From Escherichia phage vb_EcoM_bov9_1: a stretch of 64,000 nt of DNA. Below are positions 1 through 8,495 of the stretch, piece by piece; positions within the stretch are counted from its first letter, which is position 1, and each line of letters starts with the position of its first letter. The position numbers and the translations under genes are program-made. Location: sequence record MT884006.2. One strand, written 5' to 3'. The notes under the pieces are model-generated. The model did not search any database, had not been told where the DNA came from, and saw only the letters and a program-made list of their open reading frames with translations.

Positions 1-162
<162 letters not shown>

Positions 163-618
163 TTAAAAGAGGCTGTTCATTATTCGGTAAAGTGAAGGAC
201 CCATCACATATTGCCACTGAGTACGAGGAATAAGAGCAAAAGCATCCATCTCTGGAATCATAACGCCATCTTTATTTTCAAAATAAGACTCGCAATGGCA
301 ATTTCTAAACATCTCATGCTCTACTGGAATCGTATAATAAAATAACTGCAAGTCTTTATTACTAGAATATTTAAATACACCTAGGTCTTCTAGAAGATCT
401 GGATTATAATTGTTAAAACCAGTCTCTTCTAAACATTCTCTTCGTGCTGCATCTAGTGCGCTTAAATCAGAATTTTCTACGCGGCCCTTTGGAATATCCC
501 AGCGATGTGCCATCATTCCAGGCTTACGAGAACCAGTAACTCGTCCCATAAATAGGTCTTTATCTTCTGTCATAAAGATAATACCAGCTGATAATGTTTT
601 CATTTTAATTTCCTGCAT
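163..618 (-). CDS. nudE: Nudix hydrolase NudE
   Basis: Nudix box GRVENSDLSALDAARRECLEETG in 151 aa ORF; the second ATG at 603 (AGGAAA SD) may be the true start. Confidence 0.85.
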   Translation of the reverse strand: MQEIKMKTLSAGIIFMTEDKDLFMGRVTGSRKPGMMAHRWDIPKGRVENSDLSALDAARRECLEETGFNNYNPDLLEDLGVFKYSSNKDLQLFYYTIPVEHEMFRNCHCESYFENKDGVMIPEMDAFALIPRTQWQYVMGPSLYRIMNSLF

Positions 619-1088
619 TCAGTGATAAAGTTATTTAAATTTTGAGTATATTTCTTTTCATCAAAAATCTTTTGTTGTCTGCGTAAACGCCATGGCATTT
701 CAATGAACACACACCATATCCCAGATAATATTGCTGTTGTCAAAATATTAACAAATATAGTACAAAGAACCCAATCTCCTATTCTGTCCATTGGATTTTT
801 TCCAAAGAAGTAAAATACGAATGATGACACAGGAAGACTAATGATATACCACAGAAGCATATTCTTATCCGTAAACCATTCAGCGTTCGTTAACTTAGCA
901 CGACCGTTTTGAATACACACGAATTTATCGTCTGTTATAGTAGATGGCTTAGCTGCTTGATATCCCATTCTAAACTCCCTAATCAACAAATTTTTCATAT
1001 CTTCGGAACAACCATTCCAGTCAACTCTATCAACTGAAATGCCATCGTCCCCATCATCTAAATCATACCAGCGAGTTTTTAAAATCAT
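600..1088 (-). CDS. Hypothetical membrane protein (soluble N-terminal part plus two predicted TM helices)
   Basis: 162 aa ORF; hydrophobic segments LLWYIISLPVSSFVFYFF and ILTTAILSGIWCVFI; stop overlaps nudE start. Confidence 0.5.
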   Translation of the reverse strand: MILKTRWYDLDDGDDGISVDRVDWNGCSEDMKNLLIREFRMGYQAAKPSTITDDKFVCIQNGRAKLTNAEWFTDKNMLLWYIISLPVSSFVFYFFGKNPMDRIGDWVLCTIFVNILTTAILSGIWCVFIEMPWRLRRQQKIFDEKKYTQNLNNFITECRKLK

Positions 1089-1447
1089 TTGATTTTCCTA
1101 CAATTACTCACAAACTCTTCCATTGATTCTTTTTCAATATAAGACATGTAGCTATTATATTCTTTTAATTGTATTTTGTAATCTTTTTTTCTTTGCCAAT
1201 TTATTTTAAAATTATCATAATGAAAATATAACATAGTACCAAAGAATGAAAATAATGAAATCGCTATAGTATAACGAAGTTCACTCCAAACCTCTGTTAT
1301 AATTACTGTGCCGTCAATGTTTAAAATAAAACAGTCAATTAACAATCCAATAAGACTACCCGCAAGAGCTGCAAATACTGATACAGCAAGAATTAATAGT
1401 GCCTCAGGAAACGAATATTTGACTTTATTTAATTTTGGCTTTTGCAT
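1085..1447 (-). CDS. Hypothetical small membrane protein
   Basis: 120 aa ORF with two hydrophobic helices; ATGA stop/start overlap with downstream gene. Confidence 0.5.
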   Translation of the reverse strand: MQKPKLNKVKYSFPEALLILAVSVFAALAGSLIGLLIDCFILNIDGTVIITEVWSELRYTIAISLFSFFGTMLYFHYDNFKINWQRKKDYKIQLKEYNSYMSYIEKESMEEFVSNCRKIK

Positions 1448-1842
1448 CGTGATTCCTTAACAAATTTCATAATTTCATTAAATTCATACATATCAAGTTT
1501 AAGCTGATGTTCTTTTTTAATCTTTTTGCACTGGGCTTTCCAATCACGTACACGTTTACGATAGTGTCTTCCTTGATACCAGTATCCTACCCAATTTACA
1601 GGTATTAATAAAAGCGGAACTACCAATGGAAGAATTAGTGTTGCTCCAAATATTACACCAGATTCAATATCAGTCATAACGTCTATAACCATTCCAGCAA
1701 TCAGCAGAATCACAAATGATACAGCTACCACAGGACCTATTAATACATCAGTAGAAATTATCTGACGCTTTAATTCATACTTCAACGGTTTACTTGGAAG
1801 GTATAGTGATGGTTTTGACATATTCTCTACATTCCTTAACAA
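1429..1842 (-). CDS. Hypothetical small membrane protein
   Basis: 137 aa ORF with two hydrophobic helices; start uncertain (M1 or M8). Confidence 0.5.
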   Translation of the reverse strand: MLRNVENMSKPSLYLPSKPLKYELKRQIISTDVLIGPVVAVSFVILLIAGMVIDVMTDIESGVIFGATLILPLVVPLLLIPVNWVGYWYQGRHYRKRVRDWKAQCKKIKKEHQLKLDMYEFNEIMKFVKESRCKSQN

Positions 1843-2398
1843 ATTTTTCTAGTAATAAATCACTTTCAAAATTAGGATTTTCCACTAATTTATCAAAAAG
1901 ATCATCAACAATATTCAAGATATTTCTTTTACTAAGAATACGTTTATTTTCATGCTTCGTTTCAGAATCAACTATAAGAGTAAAGAAATATTTCTTTCCC
2001 TGAAATTTTACTGTAGTATCAATATAGAATAAATTTGACTTTTGTAAGTTACGTTTAAACCATGCGTCACTTAAACTATAAACACCGAGATAATCAAAAT
2101 CGTCGTTTAAATAACAAACTGTCCATTCAGGAGAAATGAAATCAGTAAATTCAACATCAAAATCGCATGTTAATAAATGAATTGATTCAATACTGTTAAT
2201 AAGTATTCCAGGACGTATTAAAGACTTTTTACCTCTAGAAAATCTTCCAGAAAGACTTTCATCAGTTTCATATGAAGAACCCCAATAATAATTACGTCCT
2301 TCTGCCATACGTTTAAGAGCATTTAATAATTGGTCTGGAACATCAACCTGTCTTTGAAACTCTTCAAACATTGAATTGAAATCACTTTGCATTTTCAT
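1790..2398 (-). CDS. Hypothetical protein
   Basis: 202 aa ORF, same strand and frame continuity as the early gene run; no recognisable motif. Confidence 0.5.
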   Translation of the reverse strand: MKMQSDFNSMFEEFQRQVDVPDQLLNALKRMAEGRNYYWGSSYETDESLSGRFSRGKKSLIRPGILINSIESIHLLTCDFDVEFTDFISPEWTVCYLNDDFDYLGVYSLSDAWFKRNLQKSNLFYIDTTVKFQGKKYFFTLIVDSETKHENKRILSKRNILNIVDDLFDKLVENPNFESDLLLEKFVKECREYVKTITIPSK

Positions 2399-2419
2399 TC
2401 CTATTTACTCCAAGTAATA

Positions 2420-2433
2420 GGGGCCGAAGCCCC
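2420..2433 (-). repeat. GGGGC-UUCG-GCCCC hairpin, copy 1 of 3
   Basis: Perfect 5 bp stem with UUCG tetraloop on the transcribed (minus) strand, 7 nt after stop of the 2440..3033 gene. Confidence 0.6.
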
Positions 2434-2439
2434 TTATCA

Positions 2440-3033
2440 TTATTTCAGAGAATTAATATATTCCTGAACATCGGCAGAGGTAGTTTCAACCCCAGAAATA
2501 TTACCATTAAAGGTTTCAACTCGAGCAAGAGTATCTTCAATATCAACCTTAGTCAGCGCTGCAATTTCAACTACATCATCAGCAGTACTAATTCCAAGTG
2601 CATTCGCTGCGCGAGTTTCACGGATATATTCCAATTTAACTGCAAGTTCTTGGCGAGCATCATCTAACTCAACTACTTTCTTAGCGATTTCAATTCGCAT
2701 TTCAGTATAACCATCAGCTTTAGTAGTCAGCTGTTCAGCTGTTCGACGATATAGCAAACCGAGTTTAGCATGCATTGTTACATCTTGACCTTCGGAAAGA
2801 AGCTTGCGAATTTCACGCTCTTTTGATTTAGCCTGTTTATTCTTTTCAACGATAAGTTCACGAATACGTTTTTCTTCATTAATAGATTTAACAGAAGCAG
2901 TTTTTAGATCTTTAATCTTATCAAGTAGTTTTGCTGCCGCAGCAGTATACTGTTCTTCAACAGATAGATTTTTAGCCATAGCAGAACCAAGTTTAGTGCG
3001 AATAAACTCAACAATTTTCTTCAGTGTGTTCAT
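2440..3033 (-). CDS. Hypothetical coiled-coil protein
   Basis: 197 aa ORF rich in heptad-like K/E/R/L/A stretches; loose PspA-like flavour only. Confidence 0.5.
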   Translation of the reverse strand: MNTLKKIVEFIRTKLGSAMAKNLSVEEQYTAAAAKLLDKIKDLKTASVKSINEEKRIRELIVEKNKQAKSKEREIRKLLSEGQDVTMHAKLGLLYRRTAEQLTTKADGYTEMRIEIAKKVVELDDARQELAVKLEYIRETRAANALGISTADDVVEIAALTKVDIEDTLARVETFNGNISGVETTSADVQEYINSLK

Positions 3034-3090
3034 AGTATTTCCTTAGGTTGGTATAATTAGATAATATCACGTTTCTAATAGATTGTAAAC

Positions 3091-3426
3091 TTATTCTTCG
3101 TCTAGCTCGTCGATAAAGGCGTTGATGGCCTCGATAACGGCATCATTGATAGCTAATAAAATAAAATCATCGTCAGTACCTTTAGAAGATTCTAAAGCAT
3201 TGATATATGCTTGGTTGGCGAGTTCCCAAGCCTTTTTAAAATAAGGAGCTTCATCATCAGGACAAATATCCCGCACGCCTTCAAAGATACGTTTGGCATA
3301 ATCTAACACCCATTGTACAGGCATGTTTTGAGAGCGTTCGTTAAACTCTTTAAATTCCTTAGATTCAAAAAGCTCTTCAGGATAATAATTTCGATTACAA
3401 AAAGCTTTACTAAAGTTGCGTTTCAT
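3091..3426 (-). CDS. Hypothetical protein
   Basis: 111 aa ORF with acidic C-terminus. Confidence 0.45.
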   Translation of the reverse strand: MKRNFSKAFCNRNYYPEELFESKEFKEFNERSQNMPVQWVLDYAKRIFEGVRDICPDDEAPYFKKAWELANQAYINALESSKGTDDDFILLAINDAVIEAINAFIDELDEE

Positions 3427-3485
3427 AATGTTTTCCTCATGTTATTGATAGGCTCATAATATCTCAATCATGAGCCTATGTAAAC

Positions 3486-3761
3486 TTATTTCATATTATT
3501 GAAATATTCTTCTGCGATTTCGTCGTTATCATGGTAAACTTTAGAAGACAGTTTAACATAACTTTCAGCAGTGAACATGTTAATCACAACCTTTACAGTA
3601 TACCACTGACCGTCTTCATTGCCCATTACCGCATAAGTTTCAAACATCGGATGATCAGGACCGATAACTTTAATATCATTCACTGTACGACCGAAATCTT
3701 CTGAAACACATTTCATAAAGAAGTTGAACAGTTCGCCGTAATTATCCATTTCGTTCTCCAA
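3486..3761 (-). CDS. Hypothetical protein
   Basis: 91 aa ORF preceded by an early-type promoter and GGAGAA SD. Confidence 0.5.
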   Translation of the reverse strand: MENEMDNYGELFNFFMKCVSEDFGRTVNDIKVIGPDHPMFETYAVMGNEDGQWYTVKVVINMFTAESYVKLSSKVYHDNDEIAEEYFNNMK

Positions 3762-3792
3762 GTTGTTTTCTGTATCAGTAGTTGATAGTTGT

Positions 3793-3822
3793 ATAGTACC
3801 ATGGAAGAACAGGGATGTAAAC
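3793..3822 (-). promoter_or_regulatory. T4-type early promoter (GTTTAC -35, 18 bp spacer, TGGTACTAT extended -10)
   Basis: Minus-strand reading GTTTACA-N18-TGGTACTAT about 30 nt upstream of ATG at 3761. Confidence 0.55.
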
Positions 3823-3955
3823 AGTTTTGTGAAAAAATTTTTAAAAAGTTTTAGGGAATTCTAGGGTCAGGAGGGGCAATTAAAAGATAGGATAATATAT
3901 TATAAAGGGTAGAAACTAAATGATGCCTAGAGAGGCCCAGAAAGGCCTAGATACC

Positions 3956-3982
3956 AAAAAGTCCCAACCTTTCGGTTGGGGC
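3956..3982 (-). terminator. Intrinsic terminator (7 bp stem, GAAA loop, U-tract)
   Basis: Minus strand reads CCCAACC-GAAA-GGTTGGG followed by TTTTTGG; near-identical copy at 4512..4540. Confidence 0.65.
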
Positions 3983-3990
3983 TAAGAATG

Positions 3991-4464
3991 TTATTTGATT
4001 TGTTTAGCAGACCAAATGCGGTCTTTAATAATTTTTTGGATGTCTTCAACATACTCAAGAGAGTGAGCATGTGGGTTATCTTTGAAACTATGAGCTCGCG
4101 CAAGTTTCTGGCCTTCGGTCTTAATTATCAAAAGTTCTTTAAGAATTGCTTCATACCTAGAGATAATTCCTTTAGCAATATTTTTTTCTTGTGCTGCTTT
4201 AGGGTCAGCCTTAGGAGCAGGTTTACCTGAAGCCTTTGCAAAAGCAGCTCCAGTAGCAACTAAACTTTTCCAGGCCATACTAACTGCATTTCCCGTAAAT
4301 CCTTCCGCTTTCATGTCGCGTGCGAACTGGAATCGCGATTCATCAGAAGCATCTTTATAAGAATATTTACCCGCTGCAATGGCTGCTTTTGCGACAGCTT
4401 GAATTTCGGTGCTAGATGCTTCATTTAACACCGCTTCATTTAAAAATTGAGTATATGATTTCAT
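3991..4464 (-). CDS. Internal-protein-like (IPII/IPIII-like) with N-terminal capsid targeting sequence
   Basis: 158 aa product starts MKSYTQFLNEAVLNEA, resembling the T4 internal-protein CTS (MKTYQEFIAEA) with L-x-E prohead protease sites; basic Ala/Lys-rich body; AGGAAA SD before ATG at 4464. The ORF-track extension to 4641 would run through a terminator hairpin. Confidence 0.6.
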   Translation of the reverse strand: MKSYTQFLNEAVLNEASSTEIQAVAKAAIAAGKYSYKDASDESRFQFARDMKAEGFTGNAVSMAWKSLVATGAAFAKASGKPAPKADPKAAQEKNIAKGIISRYEAILKELLIIKTEGQKLARAHSFKDNPHAHSLEYVEDIQKIIKDRIWSAKQIK

Positions 4465-4511
4465 CTTATTTCCTGTTTTAATTTGTAGATTTAATATACT
4501 AATATTTATAC

Positions 4512-4540
4512 CAAAAAGCCCCAACCTTTCGGTCGGGGCT
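4512..4540 (-). terminator. Intrinsic terminator (10 bp stem with one G-U, GAAA loop, U-tract)
   Basis: Minus strand reads AGCCCCGACC-GAAA-GGTTGGGGCT followed by TTTTTGG; ends the tRNA transcription unit. Confidence 0.65.
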
Positions 4541-4591
4541 AAGCCTTGCGGCAACCTTGTCGGGGTTCCACCTGCTAAGGCAAGTGTTTGT

Positions 4592-4683
4592 ACGAAACGC
4601 CGGGATTCGAACCCGGTTATTAAGTAGTTGACGCTACTCAATATTTTTAAAAGGCCATATCTCGACCATATCCGAACGTTCCG
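4592..4683 (-). ncRNA. tRNA-like element or stable RNA candidate (non-canonical)
   Basis: Intact T-arm (CCGGG-TTCGAAT-CCCGG) and a 7 bp acceptor-like stem, but about 15 extra nt in the body, a 6-nt loop where the anticodon loop should be, and no encoded CCA. Confidence 0.25.
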
Positions 4684-4856
4684 TCAAAAACGCTACTCGG
4701 CTTATGGCAAAGATATTTCCTCGAATCGATAATTCGGTGCGCCGTTTCTGCTGTGATATAAGGGGACATTAACAAAACATAAAGATTTATTAATGCCAGT
4801 CCTTAAACAGGGAACATCAGTCCGACGACTTGCCGGTAGCGACCCGGCTTCTTGTC

Positions 4857-4932
4857 TGGTCGAGGCAGTAGGGATCGAACCTACGACCCAGGACTTAGAA
4901 GGTCCTTGCTCTTCCTTCTGAGCTATGCCTCG
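4857..4932 (-). tRNA. tRNA-Arg (anticodon UCU)
   Basis: Manual cloverleaf: acceptor CGAGGCA/TGCCTCG, T-loop, anticodon loop CUUCUAA, CCA encoded. Confidence 0.85.
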
Positions 4933-4936
4933 TATT

Positions 4937-5011
4937 TGGCGGACGTGATAGGATTCGAACCTATAACCAATCGCTTAACAGGCGATCGCTCTGCCATTGA
5001 GCTACACATCC
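4937..5011 (-). tRNA. tRNA-Asn (anticodon GUU)
   Basis: Manual cloverleaf with all four arms regular, T-loop TTCGAAT, anticodon loop CUGUUAA, CCA encoded. Confidence 0.75.
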
Positions 5012-5015
5012 AAAT

Positions 5016-5102
5016 TGGTGGGGAGTGGTGGAGTCGAACCACCCGAGTCGCAATGACAATGGATTTACAGTCCACACCGCTACCTCTACGGGATAACTCC
5101 CC
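5016..5102 (-). tRNA. Putative type II tRNA-Tyr (anticodon GUA) with a weak D-stem
   Basis: 7 bp acceptor, T-arm GGTGG-TTCGACT-CCACC, anticodon arm with loop CUGUAAA, 15-nt variable arm resembling bacterial tRNA-Tyr; D-stem has only 2 clean pairs. Confidence 0.55.
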
Positions 5103-5111
5103 AAATTAATT

Positions 5112-5186
5112 TGGTGGCCCTGGGTGGAATTGAACCACCATCTGGCGATTATGAGTCGCTTGCTTGAACCTTCCAGCTACAGGGCC
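5112..5186 (-). tRNA. tRNA-Ile (anticodon CAU, presumably lysidine-modified)
   Basis: Manual cloverleaf; anticodon loop CUCAUAA; CCA encoded. Confidence 0.8.
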
Positions 5187-5187
5187 T

Positions 5188-5264
5188 TGGTGCTGATTGA
5201 CGGAATCGAACCGCCGACCTTCTCATTACAAGTGAGTTGCTCTACCTACTGAGCTAAATCAGCA
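5188..5264 (-). tRNA. tRNA-Thr (anticodon UGU)
   Basis: Manual cloverleaf; anticodon loop CUUGUAA; T-loop TTCGATT. Confidence 0.8.
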
Positions 5265-5268
5265 AAAC

Positions 5269-5358
5269 TGGCGGAGGCGATAGGATTTGAACCTATGAGT
5301 CGCTCCGGCGACTGCCGGTTTTCAAGACCGGTGCATTAAACCACTCTGCCACGCCTCC
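5269..5358 (-). tRNA. tRNA-Ser (anticodon UGA), type II
   Basis: Reverse complement GGAGGCGTGGCAGAGTGG...CCGGTCTTGAAAACCGG...GGTTCAAATCCTATCGCCTCCGCCA matches the T4 tRNA-Ser architecture. Confidence 0.9.
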
Positions 5359-5364
5359 AAATAT

Positions 5365-6015
5365 TTATATATTGTTAATTTGATTTAGAATTCTTTTTGC
5401 TTGAGTATGACTTACGCCAATATGCTTAGCATATTTAGATAATTCACCACGTTTAGAAAAATCATATAATTTAGAAATTTCTATTCTTCTTTTTCTTTCA
5501 TCCGCAGAAACTTTTGCTTCGTTTGCTTTTGCTATTTTACGTTTAGCTTCTTGAGAATGAGTTTTACCAGCAAAGCCGTTCTTCATTAATCCATTTGAAG
5601 ACCATCCTTTTAATTTTCCGTTAGAATGTGCCTTTTTAACACCCAATGAAATTAATTCGCGTTGCTGATCTGTCATAGGATAATTATTTATATGATCCCA
5701 TCCACCTTCACCTCCAAGTTTTAAATTATACACATCTGGTCTATTTAAAAACTCTTCTGTGACAATATTTTTCTCGGCTTCAAGCATAGATTCTTTATCA
5801 TCAAAATACTCTAATATTTCTTTAGAAAAATTTTCTATACCATATTTATCTTGGGCTCTTTTTAATAATTTACCAGAACCCATATATCCATCATCTAAAT
5901 TTTCGGTAGAATGCACACCAATATAAATTTTATTATTAATTTTATTTGTTATTTTATAAAGATAAAAATGCATATCAGTCCCTAATAAAGAACTGAGCGT
6001 CTCACGACGAGTCAT
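5365..6015 (-). CDS. segB: GIY-YIG homing endonuclease (SegB-like) embedded in the tRNA cluster
   Basis: N-terminal motif YLYKITNKINNKIYIGVH...GYMGSG typical of GIY-YIG Seg/I-TevI enzymes plus a basic C-terminal domain; the internal ATG at 5973 is a likelier start than 6015, which lies 5 nt from tRNA-Gly. Confidence 0.8.
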   Translation of the reverse strand: MTRRETLSSLLGTDMHFYLYKITNKINNKIYIGVHSTENLDDGYMGSGKLLKRAQDKYGIENFSKEILEYFDDKESMLEAEKNIVTEEFLNRPDVYNLKLGGEGGWDHINNYPMTDQQRELISLGVKKAHSNGKLKGWSSNGLMKNGFAGKTHSQEAKRKIAKANEAKVSADERKRRIEISKLYDFSKRGELSKYAKHIGVSHTQAKRILNQINNI

Positions 6016-6019
6016 AAAT

Positions 6020-6093
<74 letters not shown>

Positions 6094-6098
6094 AAATT

Positions 6099-6185
6099 TG
6101 GTGCGAGAAGTGGGACTCGAACCCACAAGGAAATCATTCCGCAGCATTTTAAGTGCTGTGCCTTTACCAATTTGACCATTCTCGC
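6099..6185 (-). tRNA. tRNA-Leu (anticodon UAA), type II
   Basis: Acceptor GCGAGAA/TTCTCGC, long variable arm, anticodon loop CUUAAAA. Confidence 0.8.
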
Positions 6186-6187
6186 GC

Positions 6188-6259
6188 TGGGAATAAAGGA
6201 CTCGAACCTTTGCATCCTGGAATCAAAATCCAGTGCCTTACCAACTTGGCTAATTCCCA
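6188..6259 (-). tRNA. tRNA-Gln (anticodon UUG), CCA not encoded
   Basis: Acceptor TGGGAAT/ATTCCCA, T-arm AAAGG-ACTCGAA-CCTTT, anticodon loop UUUUGAU; abuts tRNA-Leu. Confidence 0.75.
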
Positions 6260-6328
6260 ATTATTAACAAAGGCTCTCAAATAAGAACCCTTGATGATAG
6301 AGGGTATTAATCAGTGCGGTATGAGTTA

Positions 6329-6355
6329 ATAATAACAAATAATTCTTAAAGCAAA
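6329..6355 (-). promoter_or_regulatory. T4-type middle promoter (MotA box TTTGCTTTA, 12 bp spacer, TATTAT -10) upstream of the tRNA cluster
   Basis: Minus-strand reading TTTGCTTTA-N12-TATTAT about 70 nt upstream of tRNA-Gln. Confidence 0.45.
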
Positions 6356-6870
6356 TTAAACATTTTAACGGTCGGCAAAACAATTTCTTCTTCTATATAA
6401 GAGTATTTAACACTCTCAACTACACGCAGAAAATCATAATCATAATATTCAGAAGCACTGCCTAAAATATTAATAAGTCCTTCAAGCACTTTATTACCAT
6501 TCACAAAGAATAAGTCAAATACACGTTCTTCGTCTTCTTCGGATTTATTACCAAGGTCAACTTCTATATCAAAGACCTTTTTAATGAATTCTGAACAAAG
6601 CTGGTCTGAGAACAGTCCTTCAACCAAGTATTCATAAATAAAAAGCGATTGCTCGCTGAACAAGCCATTACCACAATAACGTTCAGCTTTAGTACTAGAA
6701 TGTCTGCTTTTAAACTTCTTTAAAAGATATTGGAACTGTAAGATTTCATGCTCTTCTACGCCAAACAGTGTTTTAGTTTTATAGTTGTCACCATCATTTT
6801 CCCAGGTAGTGACATCAATTACGTAACCCTGCGGAATTGTAGTACCTAAACAAATATTCATTTTCACCAC
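6346..6870 (-). CDS. Hypothetical protein (variable locus between tRNAs and 57B)
   Basis: 174 aa ORF, acidic, no recognised motif. Confidence 0.45.
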   Translation of the reverse strand: MVKMNICLGTTIPQGYVIDVTTWENDGDNYKTKTLFGVEEHEILQFQYLLKKFKSRHSSTKAERYCGNGLFSEQSLFIYEYLVEGLFSDQLCSEFIKKVFDIEVDLGNKSEEDEERVFDLFFVNGNKVLEGLINILGSASEYYDYDFLRVVESVKYSYIEEEIVLPTVKMFNLL

Positions 6871-7160
6871 GCTGCATTAATATAAGTATATTTAATACAT
6901 TCAAGACTTAAAGGATTCTTGAAAATATCATATTCAAGAGGACCTTTTTCTGTTTCAATAAAGAAATCAAAATTTACTGTATTAAATTTACGGTCTTCCT
7001 TCACTAATTTAACCTGAGAAGATGAACGGTCAATGTAAACCTTTTCAACTTCAAAACATGTTAAAATGCCATAATCATCAATCAAGGCTTTAGCTGCTTC
7101 TTGATCATATTTATATCCATTTTCAATGGATGATACTTTAGCATAAAGAATCATTATCAA
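6864..7160 (-). CDS. Hypothetical protein
   Basis: 98 aa ORF with start/stop overlap to neighbours. Confidence 0.45.
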   Translation of the reverse strand: MIMILYAKVSSIENGYKYDQEAAKALIDDYGILTCFEVEKVYIDRSSSQVKLVKEDRKFNTVNFDFFIETEKGPLEYDIFKNPLSLECIKYTYINAAW

Positions 7161-7549
7161 CCTTCATCAACAATAGTATGAGTATGGGCATTTACAATTT
7201 GCCACCAATCAAAGCGATTAGAACCATACATCGGTTTGTTTTCATTTTCTTTGATAATATCACGAAGTTCATCTTCAGTAGCGGCTTTCGCGATTAAATC
7301 AGCATATCCACCACGAGGATAATAATTATCACCTGCAAAAAGTAAAAAGTTTGGTTTAATGTTATTGAACTCTTCAAGAGTAATAACTGTTCCTGATGGT
7401 AGTTGAACAATCTCTACATATTTATATCCTAATTTTTGAGCAGCATCTACTGCTTCAAGCAAAGTATCATGAGCCCATCCAATTTGGCAATCTGGCTTTT
7501 CAGATGGATTAGCCTGATAATCCGCGTACACTTTATACATTCTATTCAC
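7157..7549 (-). CDS. Hypothetical protein
   Basis: 130 aa ORF, translationally coupled to the upstream 61 aa ORF. Confidence 0.45.
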   Translation of the reverse strand: MNRMYKVYADYQANPSEKPDCQIGWAHDTLLEAVDAAQKLGYKYVEIVQLPSGTVITLEEFNNIKPNFLLFAGDNYYPRGGYADLIAKAATEDELRDIIKENENKPMYGSNRFDWWQIVNAHTHTIVDEG

Positions 7550-7727
7550 CTTTAGAAATTTTATCCATAACGATAGCGATTAAACCAATTAAAAATGCTA
7601 CTACAAGCGAAAACACATTTTCTGCTGTAGTTAATAATCCGCATATAAATCCAACAAACATTGAAAAACTAAAAGCGGAAGCAGAAATTGCAATAGCAAC
7701 ATTTCGAATTAATTCACAGCGTTTCAT
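7542..7727 (-). CDS. Hypothetical small membrane protein
   Basis: 61 aa ORF with two hydrophobic segments; early promoter and GAGGAG SD upstream. Confidence 0.45.
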   Translation of the reverse strand: MKRCELIRNVAIAISASAFSFSMFVGFICGLLTTAENVFSLVVAFLIGLIAIVMDKISKGE

Positions 7728-7755
7728 TTTATTCTCCTCAGTAGTTGATAGGGTA

Positions 7756-7785
7756 ATAGTATCACTACTAAAACCCTATGTAAAC
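7756..7785 (-). promoter_or_regulatory. T4-type early promoter (GTTTAC -35, 18 bp spacer, TGATACTAT extended -10)
   Basis: Minus-strand reading GTTTACA-N18-TGATACTAT about 30 nt upstream of ATG at 7727. Confidence 0.55.
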
Positions 7786-7797
7786 AACTTTGTGAAA

Positions 7798-8494
<697 letters not shown>

Positions 8495-8495
<1 letters not shown>

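Noticed and set aside
600-2398. Apparent shared C-terminal protein motif (F-x-x-E/N-C-R-K) in four consecutive early ORFs
   Set aside because: At nucleotide level the motif is the conserved GAATGCAGGAAA / TGTAGGAAAA junction that provides the Shine-Dalgarno and overlapping ATGA start/stop for the next gene; it reflects translational coupling, not protein homology.
4465-4641. N-terminal 59-codon extension of the internal-protein-like ORF (ORF-track start at 4641)
   Set aside because: The extension would translate through a strong terminator hairpin and the tRNA-like element; the internal ATG at 4464 has a proper AGGAAA SD and yields the CTS-type N-terminus.
4852-5109. 85 aa plus-strand ORF across the tRNA cluster
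   Set aside because: It lies antisense to four well-formed tRNA genes (Arg, Asn, Tyr-like, Ile); its amino-acid sequence is low-complexity and there is no SD, so it is a chance reading frame.
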